Notes: generated by a model not told the origin, from the letters alone. A stretch of DNA of 32,000 nt from Chlamydiales bacterium (GCA_041395025.1 JAWLBH010000001.1:390001-422000), one strand, 5' to 3'. Counted from the stretch's first letter, positions 18,900 through 28,084 are shown. Program-made: numbers and translations.

Positions 18900-19102
18900 A
18901 ATTTAAGAATTTCATAATCAAATAGTTTAAACAGACTTCGTTTTATTTTTCCTACTCTTCCTCTTCTCGCCTATCCAATAGCTTGATAGGGATAATTGTT
19001 TTCACTACTTTTTCTCACTGCAACTGATAGATTTTACTGATAAAAAAACCCTAATTGGTTAAATTCTTCTCTCTTATATTTATTTTAATATCGGAGACGA
19101 TT

Positions 19103-19579
19103 ATGGATCCAAGTGTACCACTCTCAAAAACACTCCCACCTTCTTACGACTCTTCATTGCGATTAAAGAACAATTTAGAAGAAAAAAAGAATGCCATCCT
19201 CAAGAAAATCGAAAATGTAAGTTTAGAAATACTGAAAGACGGATTTTGTGAAAACTTTGATCTTGATGAAGATTGTGTGATGCGATTTCGAATAATACAT
19301 TGTAAAGCTTTCTTATTAGATGTAGATCATGGACCTCGTTATGAAACTCAAATTTATGGACCTATTTATCTAGAATCAGGATCATCAAGTTTAAAAAAAT
19401 ATTTATGGTTTACTTTTCCATTTTTATTATCATCAGATCCTGAAGAACAAATTAATGTGTTCACACAACAAGGACTCTTAGAAAAAAAGATATTACGAAT
19501 AGTTCGTAGTCTATTCGATGAATTCTATCAAAACACTGAAGATCCCTCTAAGATGTTCATGTATAATTCTACAATGTAA
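19103..19579 (+). CDS. hypothetical acidic protein (orphan)
   Basis: The ORF track begins at TTG 19055 (174 aa). I prefer ATG 19103 (158 aa, MDPSVPLSK...) because GGAGA sits 5 nt upstream. There are no TM segments, the net charge is about -6 by my count, and I recognise no motifs. Confidence 0.5.
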   Translation: MDPSVPLSKTLPPSYDSSLRLKNNLEEKKNAILKKIENVSLEILKDGFCENFDLDEDCVMRFRIIHCKAFLLDVDHGPRYETQIYGPIYLESGSSSLKKYLWFTFPFLLSSDPEEQINVFTQQGLLEKKILRIVRSLFDEFYQNTEDPSKMFMYNSTM

Positions 19580-19734
19580 TTTCTAGTTGAGATCCATTAA
19601 ATCTTGTAAAAATGGGCTTTCTTTAAGAGTTTCATATCTATCTTTTTGAACAGATCTCTTAATTGTATTAAAACTATTAGGGATTAAATCTATTGTTTTG
19701 AGATAGATTCATTGATCATGACGATCTCTATTTC

Positions 19735-21684
19735 TTAAAATAAACGTGAAATATCCTGAAATGTCAGAAAAATTAATAGTCCGATTAAAAGCACAACAAA
19801 AGGAATAATTAATCTCTCCATTGTTTTAGCTTTTAAACGCTTACGAGTGATCTGCTCCCATAAAGCAAGGCAGATATAACCTCCATCAAGAACTGGGATT
19901 GGTAATAAATTTAGAAAGCCAAGATTGATACTAACTGCCGCAATCCAAAAGAGTGCTTCAGGAATTCCCATTTCCCAACCACGATGAATCACTTGTATAA
20001 TTCCCACTGGTCCACTGATCCATTTTGGATGTAAATATCCCATCACAAGTGCTTTCAAAGTTAAATATGTTTCTGTAAATACATGACCAAACATTATAAA
20101 GGGATTGGGATTATAATTTACAATTCGATCTTGCAGATTAATGCCAAGAAGCAGTCGTTTTTGAGCATTTTCTAGATAATCAAGCGCTTCGATACGTTTT
20201 TCCTGGTCATGAATTGCTTCTAAACGTTCCTTTTCCTTATCAAACTTATGATTTGCACGTTCACGTGCATCTTCTGAAAAGATAATCTCTTGAATGGGCT
20301 TTGGTTTAATAGGATTAAGTAATCTCAAGTTCTTGAAAGTTCTTTCTGACCCTAAAATCCCTACCTGCTGAGCAAGCCTTTGAATGGCATTGTAATCAAG
20401 ATGTTCTTCAAATTCTTTATCCTCATTTTTCCAGGAAGTGTTCACATCAATAGGCACTCCACTTTTAACCATAAGCTGAACTTGATGCCTCTGTAAATGC
20501 TTTAGAATTACATAGCCATCTTCTACAGGATAACTATCAATTGCTAAAATACGGTCTCCAGGTTCAAGTTTCTTTTCAAGAGAGCTCGATTGGGAATATG
20601 AAGGAAAAGCTTGAAGTGCATTTTCTTGATCAATAAATCCAAGAAAATTTTCTATATACCCCTCACTATTGACAATATAAGGTAATACATATAAATTTTG
20701 CCATTGTCCCTTAAGATCCGCCTCGTATTGCCAATCAATCAACTCATTTTGTACATAAATAGGCAGAATTAAATCACCTGCAAATACTCGAGGTTGCCGA
20801 CTTAAAAAAATGTCATTTCCCCTTTGAACTGTTAAAAGCGCTTTTTGGCTATTCAAGATATAACTGAGTTGATCAATAGAAAAAAGTATTTCTCCATCTG
20901 CCCAAATCAACTGGTCTTGATTACGAATACCACTCTCTATCATCGGCGATTTCTCAGTAATAGAGTTAGGTATGTGACCTGGAAACTCATCATAGATAAG
21001 ATAACGCGCACTAGCTGTCACTCCAGTTGTTAAAATCTCTTCAGAAGAGACTACAAATGGATAATTCTGTACAGTGTAAGTAAAAGGAACTTTATTTCCG
21101 TGACTATGTTCAATGTGATAACCCGAAATGGTCGTTTCTTTGCCACTCAGCATTGAGGCATAAATGAGATCTTTAGAATTTGTAAATGTTTTCCCATTAT
21201 ACTCAGTTAAGATATCTCCAGGACGTACTCCTAAGGCATATATTTCAGATTTAGGGTCTACCCATCCAACAATTTGAGTAAATTCTGAGAAGGGTTTATT
21301 ACGTCCACCTGTTGCCCAGATAGCTAAAAAAATGAGAAAAGCTAGAATAAAATTTGCAAGAGGTCCAGCAATAGCAACAACCATACGACGCCAAGGAGCT
21401 TTTGAAAAAAATCCATTTGGGATTTCATAAGGTTCCTGAAATCCCTCTTTTTCTTTTTTTCCAAATTCCATTCCAGCAATTTTTACAAATCCCCCAAAAG
21501 GTAACCAACCAATTTGCCAATCTACATTTTGCCAACGCCATTTTAGAATTGGACGTCCAAAGCCAATTCCAAAAGTCTCAACATTCATTCCCATTTTTTT
21601 GGCAACAAAATAGTGACCTAGCTCATGAATAAAAACCAAAATTCCAAGCAAAACCACTGCGAGGATGAAGTATAGTACTGTCAT
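19735..21684 (-). CDS. rseP: RIP zinc metalloprotease RseP/YaeL (M50 site-2 protease)
   Basis: 649 aa. It has HELGHY (HExxH) in the first TM helix, central PDZ-like regions, and the C-terminal NLGFLNLLPIPVLDGG motif. Confidence 0.9.
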   Translation of the reverse strand: MTVLYFILAVVLLGILVFIHELGHYFVAKKMGMNVETFGIGFGRPILKWRWQNVDWQIGWLPFGGFVKIAGMEFGKKEKEGFQEPYEIPNGFFSKAPWRRMVVAIAGPLANFILAFLIFLAIWATGGRNKPFSEFTQIVGWVDPKSEIYALGVRPGDILTEYNGKTFTNSKDLIYASMLSGKETTISGYHIEHSHGNKVPFTYTVQNYPFVVSSEEILTTGVTASARYLIYDEFPGHIPNSITEKSPMIESGIRNQDQLIWADGEILFSIDQLSYILNSQKALLTVQRGNDIFLSRQPRVFAGDLILPIYVQNELIDWQYEADLKGQWQNLYVLPYIVNSEGYIENFLGFIDQENALQAFPSYSQSSSLEKKLEPGDRILAIDSYPVEDGYVILKHLQRHQVQLMVKSGVPIDVNTSWKNEDKEFEEHLDYNAIQRLAQQVGILGSERTFKNLRLLNPIKPKPIQEIIFSEDARERANHKFDKEKERLEAIHDQEKRIEALDYLENAQKRLLLGINLQDRIVNYNPNPFIMFGHVFTETYLTLKALVMGYLHPKWISGPVGIIQVIHRGWEMGIPEALFWIAAVSINLGFLNLLPIPVLDGGYICLALWEQITRKRLKAKTMERLIIPFVVLLIGLLIFLTFQDISRLF

Positions 21685-21848
21685 AGTAACCTGAAGATTG
21701 AGTTTATTTTTCTGATATTAAAGAGATTTTCTCAGAAATTCTTGTGATTTTCAATCAAAGAAAAAGGTATAACTTTGCAAATTGAAAAATACAAAAAAAA
21801 CAAGAAAAAAAATCCTTCATACTAGGTAGGAAGGTTTTAAAATCAGGA

Positions 21849-22991
21849 TTATTTTTTTATGGCCAAAGCCTCACTTCGTGCTTCCTGATCAACCATTAAA
21901 ACAGCTTCAATGGTTTTAGGATAGGTAATACGGTGTGCACTTAACAAGTTTTCTAATTTTTGCAAAATTTCTAACCAAGCAATTTTTCCCCTCAAAAAAA
22001 GATGAACTAAAACTTCATTAGCAGCATTCAAATAACAAGGAGCACTTCCTCCCATACGCAAAGCTTCTTCCACAAGAGAGAGCGCGGGGAATTTTTCATG
22101 ATCTGGAGGAAAAAATTGCAGGTTGTTATTTTTAAAAAAATCAAAAGGAGGCAGAATTTTACTTTTTCTTTCCGGATAAGTCAATGCGTATTGAATTGGA
22201 TAAATCATATTTGGTTCACTGATTTGAGCCAATAATGATCCATCTATAAATTCAACAAAACTATGAACAATGCTTTGAGGATGGATAACAACTTCAATTT
22301 TTTCCCCGGGTATATTGAATAACCAACGTGCTTCAATTTTTTCTAATCCCTTGTTAATCAAATTTGAAGAGTCAATTGTGATCTTAGGACCCATATTCCA
22401 GTTTGGGTGTACCAATGCCTCTTCAACAGTTATTTTTGAGAGTTGTTCTTTTGTATGGTTGAAGAATGGTCCTCCTGAAGCAGTGAGAATGAGACGCTCA
22501 ACATCTGCTATGTTCTTTCCTTCTAGACATTGAAAAATTGCACTATGCTCACTATCAATGGGTAAAAGAAGAGAATTTGTTTTTTTTATGATTTGGCTGA
22601 TCAATTCACCAGCAGCTACCATCACTTCTTTACTTGCTAATCCAACTGTTTTTCCTGCTTCTAGAGCATAGACTGTAGGTTTAAGAGCAGCAGTACCAAC
22701 AATCGCCATCACAACAAAATCAACTAGAGGATGAACAGCTGCTTCTAGCAATCCTTCTTCTCCGAAAAGAATCTTCTGTTTTGGAAAACGTGCTTTTAAC
22801 TCAGCAGATTTTTTTTCATCAAATAGAACAACTAGCTTCGGATGAAATTTTAGGATTTGTAATGTCAAAAGATCAATATTGCTATGAGCAGCCAGAACAG
22901 AAATATCAAATAAATCTGGGAAACGCTCAACAATCTTTAAGGTAGTTGTCCCAATTGAACCTGTGCTTCCAAATAAAGCAATTTTTTTCAT
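21849..22991 (-). CDS. dxr: 1-deoxy-D-xylulose 5-phosphate reductoisomerase
   Basis: 380 aa. It has the GSTGSIGTTTL NADPH-binding motif, LPIDSEHSAIFQC, and NWNMGPKITIDSSNLINKGLE. Confidence 0.95.
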   Translation of the reverse strand: MKKIALFGSTGSIGTTTLKIVERFPDLFDISVLAAHSNIDLLTLQILKFHPKLVVLFDEKKSAELKARFPKQKILFGEEGLLEAAVHPLVDFVVMAIVGTAALKPTVYALEAGKTVGLASKEVMVAAGELISQIIKKTNSLLLPIDSEHSAIFQCLEGKNIADVERLILTASGGPFFNHTKEQLSKITVEEALVHPNWNMGPKITIDSSNLINKGLEKIEARWLFNIPGEKIEVVIHPQSIVHSFVEFIDGSLLAQISEPNMIYPIQYALTYPERKSKILPPFDFFKNNNLQFFPPDHEKFPALSLVEEALRMGGSAPCYLNAANEVLVHLFLRGKIAWLEILQKLENLLSAHRITYPKTIEAVLMVDQEARSEALAIKK

Positions 22992-23132
22992 ACTAAAAAT
23001 TCTTTAAACCTGTAGAAGGTACCTTATTCTGAGGAAATTGTCAAATGGCTCTTCTTACAAAGAGATGGTTTTAAAAATTTTAACAAACAAATAACGACCC
23101 ATGATAAAATCGAGCTGTTATTCAAAAATCCT

Positions 23133-24098
23133 CTATCCCTTCATTAAAAAGTAATGTTTTGTTTGTTGAAAGATAATCAGTAGAAGATAAAAAGTTCCCA
23201 TGAGTGTAACTACAATGCCTCCTGTTGATAAACCTACCCCTTGCATGGTAAAAAAATGACGAGAAAAGGCCACTCCAATGAGAGAGGCTAGAACCCCAAT
23301 CACTATACTAAGACAAATCAGAGTTGAGAGTTTATGTGTAAGTAAGCGGGCAGTAAGAGTAGGCATGATAAAAAATGCAAGAATCATTAGAACCCCAACT
23401 GCGCGAAACCCTCCAATTGCTGTTGCCGAAGTTTGCATCATTAATAAATAATTAAACAGTATTGGTGAAAACCCCAAAGCTCGCGCAAGTTGTGGATCAA
23501 ACGTGGTAATTTTAAAACCATGAAATAAAAGAAAAAAACAGGCTATGTTCAAAACTAAAATTGCAATGACTCCTCGAATATCACTTTTCTGAAGCGCATC
23601 CGTATTTCCCATTACAAGCTCAGTTCCAATGTGCACATTGCGAGTAAATATTGTAACGAATACTATCCCCAAAGCAAACAGAATGGAAAAAATCAAACCA
23701 ATACTCGCATCCTCTTGTAATTTCATGACTCTAGTTAAAAATTCAGTAAGAAATGTAGTCATGATCCCAGTTAAAAAAGCTGCTAATAAAAGAATAGGAA
23801 TTGAAAGAGGAGCAGAGGGGTTTGGATCGCATACAAATAAACGAATGATAAGATAAGCAGCAACAATCCCCACTAAAATCGTATGAGAAAGAGCATTGGC
23901 TAACATTGTCATTCGTCTTAAAACCAAAAAGGTCCCGACAAGAGCTCCTGAAGTTGCGACTGTAGCAAGGGTCACAATTTGTATTTCATCCGTTGCAAGA
24001 TGATCTAAAGGAAGGTTGCCACATAAAAACCTCCATAAACGGTGAAAAAAAAGAGCAAAAAACCCAATAAAATCTTGCCCATAATAAGGATTAACCAT
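23133..24098 (-). CDS. ytgD: metal ABC transporter permease (YtgD-like)
   Basis: 321 aa, polytopic. It belongs to the ABC-3 (ZnuB/MntB/TroD-like) permease family and overlaps the ytgC stop by 8 nt. Confidence 0.85.
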   Translation of the reverse strand: MVNPYYGQDFIGFFALFFHRLWRFLCGNLPLDHLATDEIQIVTLATVATSGALVGTFLVLRRMTMLANALSHTILVGIVAAYLIIRLFVCDPNPSAPLSIPILLLAAFLTGIMTTFLTEFLTRVMKLQEDASIGLIFSILFALGIVFVTIFTRNVHIGTELVMGNTDALQKSDIRGVIAILVLNIACFFLLFHGFKITTFDPQLARALGFSPILFNYLLMMQTSATAIGGFRAVGVLMILAFFIMPTLTARLLTHKLSTLICLSIVIGVLASLIGVAFSRHFFTMQGVGLSTGGIVVTLMGTFYLLLIIFQQTKHYFLMKG

Positions 24099-25398
24099 GA
24101 TCTATTACCTCTTGACCTGAAGGGATTGGTTGATCATGGGGATCATACTTAGGATCATCTAAGAATTTAGTCAGTTCGCGCTCGAGCTCAGGGGTAAGGA
24201 TGTGTTCCATTTCTTCAGCACTTTTATGAACACGTTCCACACCAAGTCCTAAGGCATTTACAAGATAAACCTCCCATAGTCGATGAAGACGAATAATTTG
24301 CCGACTCTTGTTTATGCCTAATATTGTTAGTTGATAATCCGAACCATTTTTTTCTAACCAACGATGCAAACGCAATCGAAGAAGAAGTAAATAAGTTTGA
24401 AAAAAAGAGGCTCCTTGTTCTCTAAAAATCGACACAAATGAAAGCTTCTTCCTACCCTCCATACTTATTCTCCAAATTAATTTCAGCAAATTCTCCTGCA
24501 TTTGGAGATTGCGAAACTTTAAAGCTCGCCAATAGCGCACGAATAATCCTCTTTCAGGAGCAAAAAAAAGTGCATAAAAAGCAATGACGCCAGAAATCAA
24601 AACAATCAGAGGACCAGTAGGTATTCCATTAAAAATTAAAGAAAGATAGGTTCCAAAATAACCACTAAATATACCAAAAAGGCCTGAGATAATAAAAATA
24701 CGGGACAAATAGTTTGTAAATTGTCTTGCTGCTGCTGCTGGAGCAATCAACATTGCTGACATAAGAATGACACCAACACTTCTAATTCCAATGACCACTG
24801 CAGCAACTACGAGAGAGAGAAAAAGTAGATTAATCAAACTAGATGCAATACCCGAAGTCTTAGCAAAAGAACCATCAAACGAAACAGCAAGAATTTCTTT
24901 ATAAAAAATCGTAATTGAACTGATGACAACAAAAGCAAGTATTGCATAGATAAGAATATGTTGATCTGTCATTGTTGCGACCTGACCATAAAGATAATTT
25001 TGGATTTGACGAAAATGAGCGGTATAGAAATTCTGAGCATAACTTGCGATTGTAATCCCAATTCCAAAAGAAAAAGCAAGAGCAAAACAAAGAGATGCAT
25101 CACTAGAGACTCTAACTTTCTTTTCTAAAAAATTGATTAAAAAAAATCCAATTATAGAAGAACAAGCAGCTCCAAAGAAGATCAAAAATGGAGGAATTTC
25201 ATGTAAAGATAAAATTCCAGTTAATACAATAGCTCCTGTAACGCCAGGATAGGCAGCATGAGAAAGCGCCTCCCCAAGTAAAGAGCTTTTTCGTACAAAA
25301 ACAATCACTCCAACTAAAGAAGCAGAAAGACACATAAGCATTGCACCAATAATGGGAGCACGAAGAACAGGATCGATAAAAATATTTAACCCAATCAT
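24091..25398 (-). CDS. ytgC: metal ABC transporter permease fused to C-terminal DtxR-family repressor domain (YtgC-YtgR)
   Basis: 435 aa. Residues 1-~290 form an ABC-3 permease. Residues ~300-435 (MQENLLKLIWRIS...RLHRLWEVYLVNALGLGVERVHKSAEEMEHILTPELERELTKFLDDPKYDPHDQPIP) match the DtxR/MntR/TroR HTH plus dimerisation domains. Confidence 0.88.
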   Translation of the reverse strand: MIGLNIFIDPVLRAPIIGAMLMCLSASLVGVIVFVRKSSLLGEALSHAAYPGVTGAIVLTGILSLHEIPPFLIFFGAACSSIIGFFLINFLEKKVRVSSDASLCFALAFSFGIGITIASYAQNFYTAHFRQIQNYLYGQVATMTDQHILIYAILAFVVISSITIFYKEILAVSFDGSFAKTSGIASSLINLLFLSLVVAAVVIGIRSVGVILMSAMLIAPAAAARQFTNYLSRIFIISGLFGIFSGYFGTYLSLIFNGIPTGPLIVLISGVIAFYALFFAPERGLFVRYWRALKFRNLQMQENLLKLIWRISMEGRKKLSFVSIFREQGASFFQTYLLLLRLRLHRWLEKNGSDYQLTILGINKSRQIIRLHRLWEVYLVNALGLGVERVHKSAEEMEHILTPELERELTKFLDDPKYDPHDQPIPSGQEVIDHG

Positions 25399-26171
25399 GA
25401 TGTCGCAAATCCATGGCTTTTTTCTTGGGAGATTTTTGTGGCTTCATCAAAAAACAGTGTCTCTCTTCCATAGGTCTTCTGAATCATATCAGGATGAAAA
25501 ACGGATGCTACACTTCCTACTCCAACCAGAGAAACATTCAATAACACTACCCAATCAAAAATCTGACTCACAGAATTAAGATCATGGTGAACAACTAACA
25601 GTGTCTTTCCATGATCACGTAACTGTTTTAGAATTCCAATAATTGTCTTTGTTGATGAAACATCAATCCCGGTAAAGGGTTCATCCATCAGATATAAATC
25701 AGCCTCTTGGATTAAAGCACGAGCCAAAAAAGCTCTCTGCTGTTGACCTCCAGAAAGCTGACTAATTTGACGATTTGCAAAAGGCTCAAGACCAACCATA
25801 AGGAGATATTTTTTTACATCTTCACGATCTTTATGCGAAGGACGTTTAAAAACCCCAAGCTTCCCATAACGTCCCATAAGTACTAGGTCAAACACAGTAA
25901 TAGGAAAATCCCAATCTACTGATTCACGTTGAGGAACATAAGAGACACGCTCGCGTACTTTTTTAAGTGGAGCTCCAAAAAACATAGCTTGCCCTGTAAT
26001 AGGTTTGACTAGACCAAGAGCAGTTTTTAATAATGTACTTTTACCTGCCCCATTAGGCCCAATAATTGCAACAAGCTTCCCTTGAGGAATAGCAAAAGAT
26101 AGATCCCATAAAACAGGAGTTTTTTCATAATTAACAGATAACTGTTGCACAATCAAAGCTGATTCACTCAT
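25395..26171 (-). CDS. ytgB: metal ABC transporter ATP-binding protein (YtgB-like)
   Basis: 258 aa. It has Walker A GPNGAGKST, signature LSGGQQQR and Walker B LYLMDEPFTGID. ATGA overlaps with both neighbours. Confidence 0.92.
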   Translation of the reverse strand: MSESALIVQQLSVNYEKTPVLWDLSFAIPQGKLVAIIGPNGAGKSTLLKTALGLVKPITGQAMFFGAPLKKVRERVSYVPQRESVDWDFPITVFDLVLMGRYGKLGVFKRPSHKDREDVKKYLLMVGLEPFANRQISQLSGGQQQRAFLARALIQEADLYLMDEPFTGIDVSSTKTIIGILKQLRDHGKTLLVVHHDLNSVSQIFDWVVLLNVSLVGVGSVASVFHPDMIQKTYGRETLFFDEATKISQEKSHGFATS

Positions 26172-27238
26172 TTTTCTAGCTCCTCCGCAATAACTTTTGC
26201 GTTATGAAGGATCATTTCAAGATAAGAACCGACATCTCCCATTGAATCACCGTAAAGAGTATGGGAACAAAGGCGAATTTTGAGCCCTTTTTTTAAACCA
26301 GCTGAAACAATTTTTCTTAAAGAATCGCGGCTAACGTTTGACTCAGGAAACAGAACAGGAACGTTATACTTTTCGACATGAGAAATAATTGAAACAATAT
26401 CATTCACGCTCATTTGAGACTCTGGGGCTAGTCCCTCGGGAGCCTCACAACGTAGCGCCCAATCTTTTTCACCTGGTTTTGCAAGATAATGCAATGTAAA
26501 GTAGTTGAAGGCATCATGACTTGTCACTAAGTATCGTTTTTCTTCGGGGATTGTTTGCAAAAGATTGAAAATCTCTTCGTCAGTCTTTTTCATCTCCTCA
26601 ATCATTATTTGACCACGTTGTTGATAGTAAGAAGCATGAGTCGGATCTTTTCTACAAAGAGCTTCTACAATCGGATCAACCGTTTGAACCCACAAGGCGA
26701 CATCCATCCAAACATGTGGATCATACTCTCCATCAATAATCAGAATTGAATTAGGAGTTTTTTCAAGAAGAGGATTAGCAACGGCGATTGCTTTTGGATT
26801 GTGTTCTAAATTCTGTCTTAAGCTCAGTCCGTGTTCCAAACCGAGTCCATTGTAAAAAATAAGATCTGCAGTTAAAAATTTTTCATCATCTCCCTTTACA
26901 AGCTCATAGGAATGAGGGTCGAGTTCTCCACGAATTAGAGGAACTGAACACACATAGTCACCTCCAACCTTCTGAACAAGATCATGAATCATCGCAATCG
27001 TTGTTAGGACTTTTACCTTTCCATCTTGTTTAAACCAAGTCTGTTCTACCGATGAATGTTGCGAACATCCTATTAAGAAAAGTAACCCTAATGTTATCAA
27101 AATATTCGAAAATAACCAGATAGTTTTTAAAAAAAATACTCGACCTCTATCTATGAAAAAAAAACACAGAGCAATAAGAGAGAAAACCACATTCATCATT
27201 TTATAAAAAATTTTATTTTGCATCATGCATTTCTGCAT
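26168..27238 (-). CDS. ytgA: metal-binding periplasmic substrate-binding (lipo)protein, cluster A-I/TroA-like (YtgA-like)
   Basis: 356 aa. DPHSYELVKGDDEKFLTADLIFYNGLGLEHGLSLRQNLEHNPK and DPHVWMD match C. trachomatis YtgA as remembered. A lipobox-like LFLIGC sits at ~residue 58. The ATG at 27238 has AGAGG 6 nt upstream, but the N-terminus is unusually long, with two hydrophobic stretches, so the mature start and signal peptide are uncertain. Confidence 0.85.
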   Translation of the reverse strand: MQKCMMQNKIFYKMMNVVFSLIALCFFFIDRGRVFFLKTIWLFSNILITLGLLFLIGCSQHSSVEQTWFKQDGKVKVLTTIAMIHDLVQKVGGDYVCSVPLIRGELDPHSYELVKGDDEKFLTADLIFYNGLGLEHGLSLRQNLEHNPKAIAVANPLLEKTPNSILIIDGEYDPHVWMDVALWVQTVDPIVEALCRKDPTHASYYQQRGQIMIEEMKKTDEEIFNLLQTIPEEKRYLVTSHDAFNYFTLHYLAKPGEKDWALRCEAPEGLAPESQMSVNDIVSIISHVEKYNVPVLFPESNVSRDSLRKIVSAGLKKGLKIRLCSHTLYGDSMGDVGSYLEMILHNAKVIAEELEK

Positions 27239-27272
27239 CCTAAACCTCTTTTATCCAATCAACTCCAATTAC

Positions 27273-27309
27273 TATATAAGCTACCAGAAAGCTCTATCTA
27301 AATGTTTAG
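27273..27309 (-). promoter_or_regulatory. candidate ytgA promoter (TTAGAT - 17 nt - TATATA) with small inverted repeat over the -35
   Basis: Read on the minus strand: -35 TTAGAT (27301..27296), a 17-nt spacer, and -10 TATATA (27278..27273), ~35 nt upstream of the ATG. The inverted repeat CTAAA-tg-TTTAG (27298-27309) overlaps the -35. The DNA is AT-rich, so this could be chance. Confidence 0.25.
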
Positions 27310-27531
27310 CAAAGAGATAAAATAAACTGTTTAAAATCATTAAACCTAAGATAGTAAATGAAATTCCTTATTAGAGAAAAGTTTTTTTCGGTGTATTGCA
27401 GAAAATGTTTTCTTGTCATAGAATTTCAAAAAATCATATCAAAAAATCTCGTTTAAATTTTTAATCAACAAATTAGAGATTATTTTAATCATCTCTACTA
27501 AGTTCAAAAGATTATTTAAGGAAGGTGACTT

Positions 27532-28035
27532 ATGGCCTTGAAGGAAAACCAGGCAAAAGACAGAGAAAATCTAAAAAAAATTATGGAAAAAGCAATTAAG
27601 AAAATTCATGGAAAAAAAGAGAATGATTTATGCAAATATCTTCCAGGTTCAGAAGGAGGATATATTCATCATTTTACACTTCGTAAACTGAAAAAACTAA
27701 ACCCAACAGAACTCTTTTCTTTAATTGAACGATTTATTATTGATACAGATATTCCATCTCCTATCGAGCCCAAACCTCGAGCTCCTCGTGGTTCTCGTAA
27801 AAGGCAAGATTTTGTTCATTTTAATCGAACAGATATTGAACGTGTGCTTGCGCTCGCACGTCAAATTGGTGACACTGATCTTTTAGCCCGCTTTAGTCCT
27901 AAACGTTCTCTTCCCTCATTGAAAAGAGAGTTAATTCGAAATATTCGTGATAATCAAATTAATCAAGATTTATGGAATGCCTATTCTGAAACAATCTATA
28001 CCCTTGAAGCAACTGAGTCCTATACAGAAAAATAA
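27532..28035 (+). CDS. hypothetical basic protein (positional equivalent of the small hypothetical ORF between ytgA and npt1 in Chlamydia)
   Basis: 167 aa. There is a strong SD-like sequence (AAGGAAGGTGA) before the ATG. The protein has no TM segments, a net charge of about +9 by my count, and a basic stretch PKPRAPRGSRKRQ. I recognise no domain. Confidence 0.65.
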   Translation: MALKENQAKDRENLKKIMEKAIKKIHGKKENDLCKYLPGSEGGYIHHFTLRKLKKLNPTELFSLIERFIIDTDIPSPIEPKPRAPRGSRKRQDFVHFNRTDIERVLALARQIGDTDLLARFSPKRSLPSLKRELIRNIRDNQINQDLWNAYSETIYTLEATESYTEK

Positions 28036-28044
28036 ATTTAAATA

Positions 28045-28081
28045 CCCATTAGATTTAATCATTCTCTAATGGGCTATTTTT
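28045..28081 (+). terminator. rho-independent-like terminator after the basic hypothetical gene
   Basis: An 8-bp stem, CCCATTAG (28045-28052) and CTAATGGG (28066-28073), with a 13-nt loop, is followed by cTAttttt. Confidence 0.5.
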
Positions 28082-28084
28082 AGC

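Noticed and set aside
21790-21848. Possible dxr terminator (CCTTC...GAAGG followed by T-runs on the minus strand)
   Set aside because: The stem is only 5 bp with a 10-nt loop. It is too weak to call as a feature, and dxr-rseP may be co-transcribed.
23016-23025. Perfect 10-bp palindrome AAGGTACCTT just upstream of dxr
   Set aside because: It is short, isolated and has no flanking promoter-like context that I could define. It is compatible with chance.
24899-25579. Cluster of small ORFs (63 aa and 90 aa minus, 75 aa plus) around the ytgB/ytgC junction
   Set aside because: All are alternative frames or antisense to ABC transporter genes with clear motifs. The 90-aa ORF is Cys/Trp/Ser-rich frame noise.
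27129-27164. A8 and A9 homopolymer tracts (T-runs on the coding strand) within the 5' end of ytgA, considered as slipped-strand phase-variation sites
   Set aside because: Similar A/T runs of 8-10 occur throughout this low-GC window (e.g. about 2641-2650, 2931-2940, 3977-3986), so they are not enriched here. There is no evidence of variation from a single sequence.
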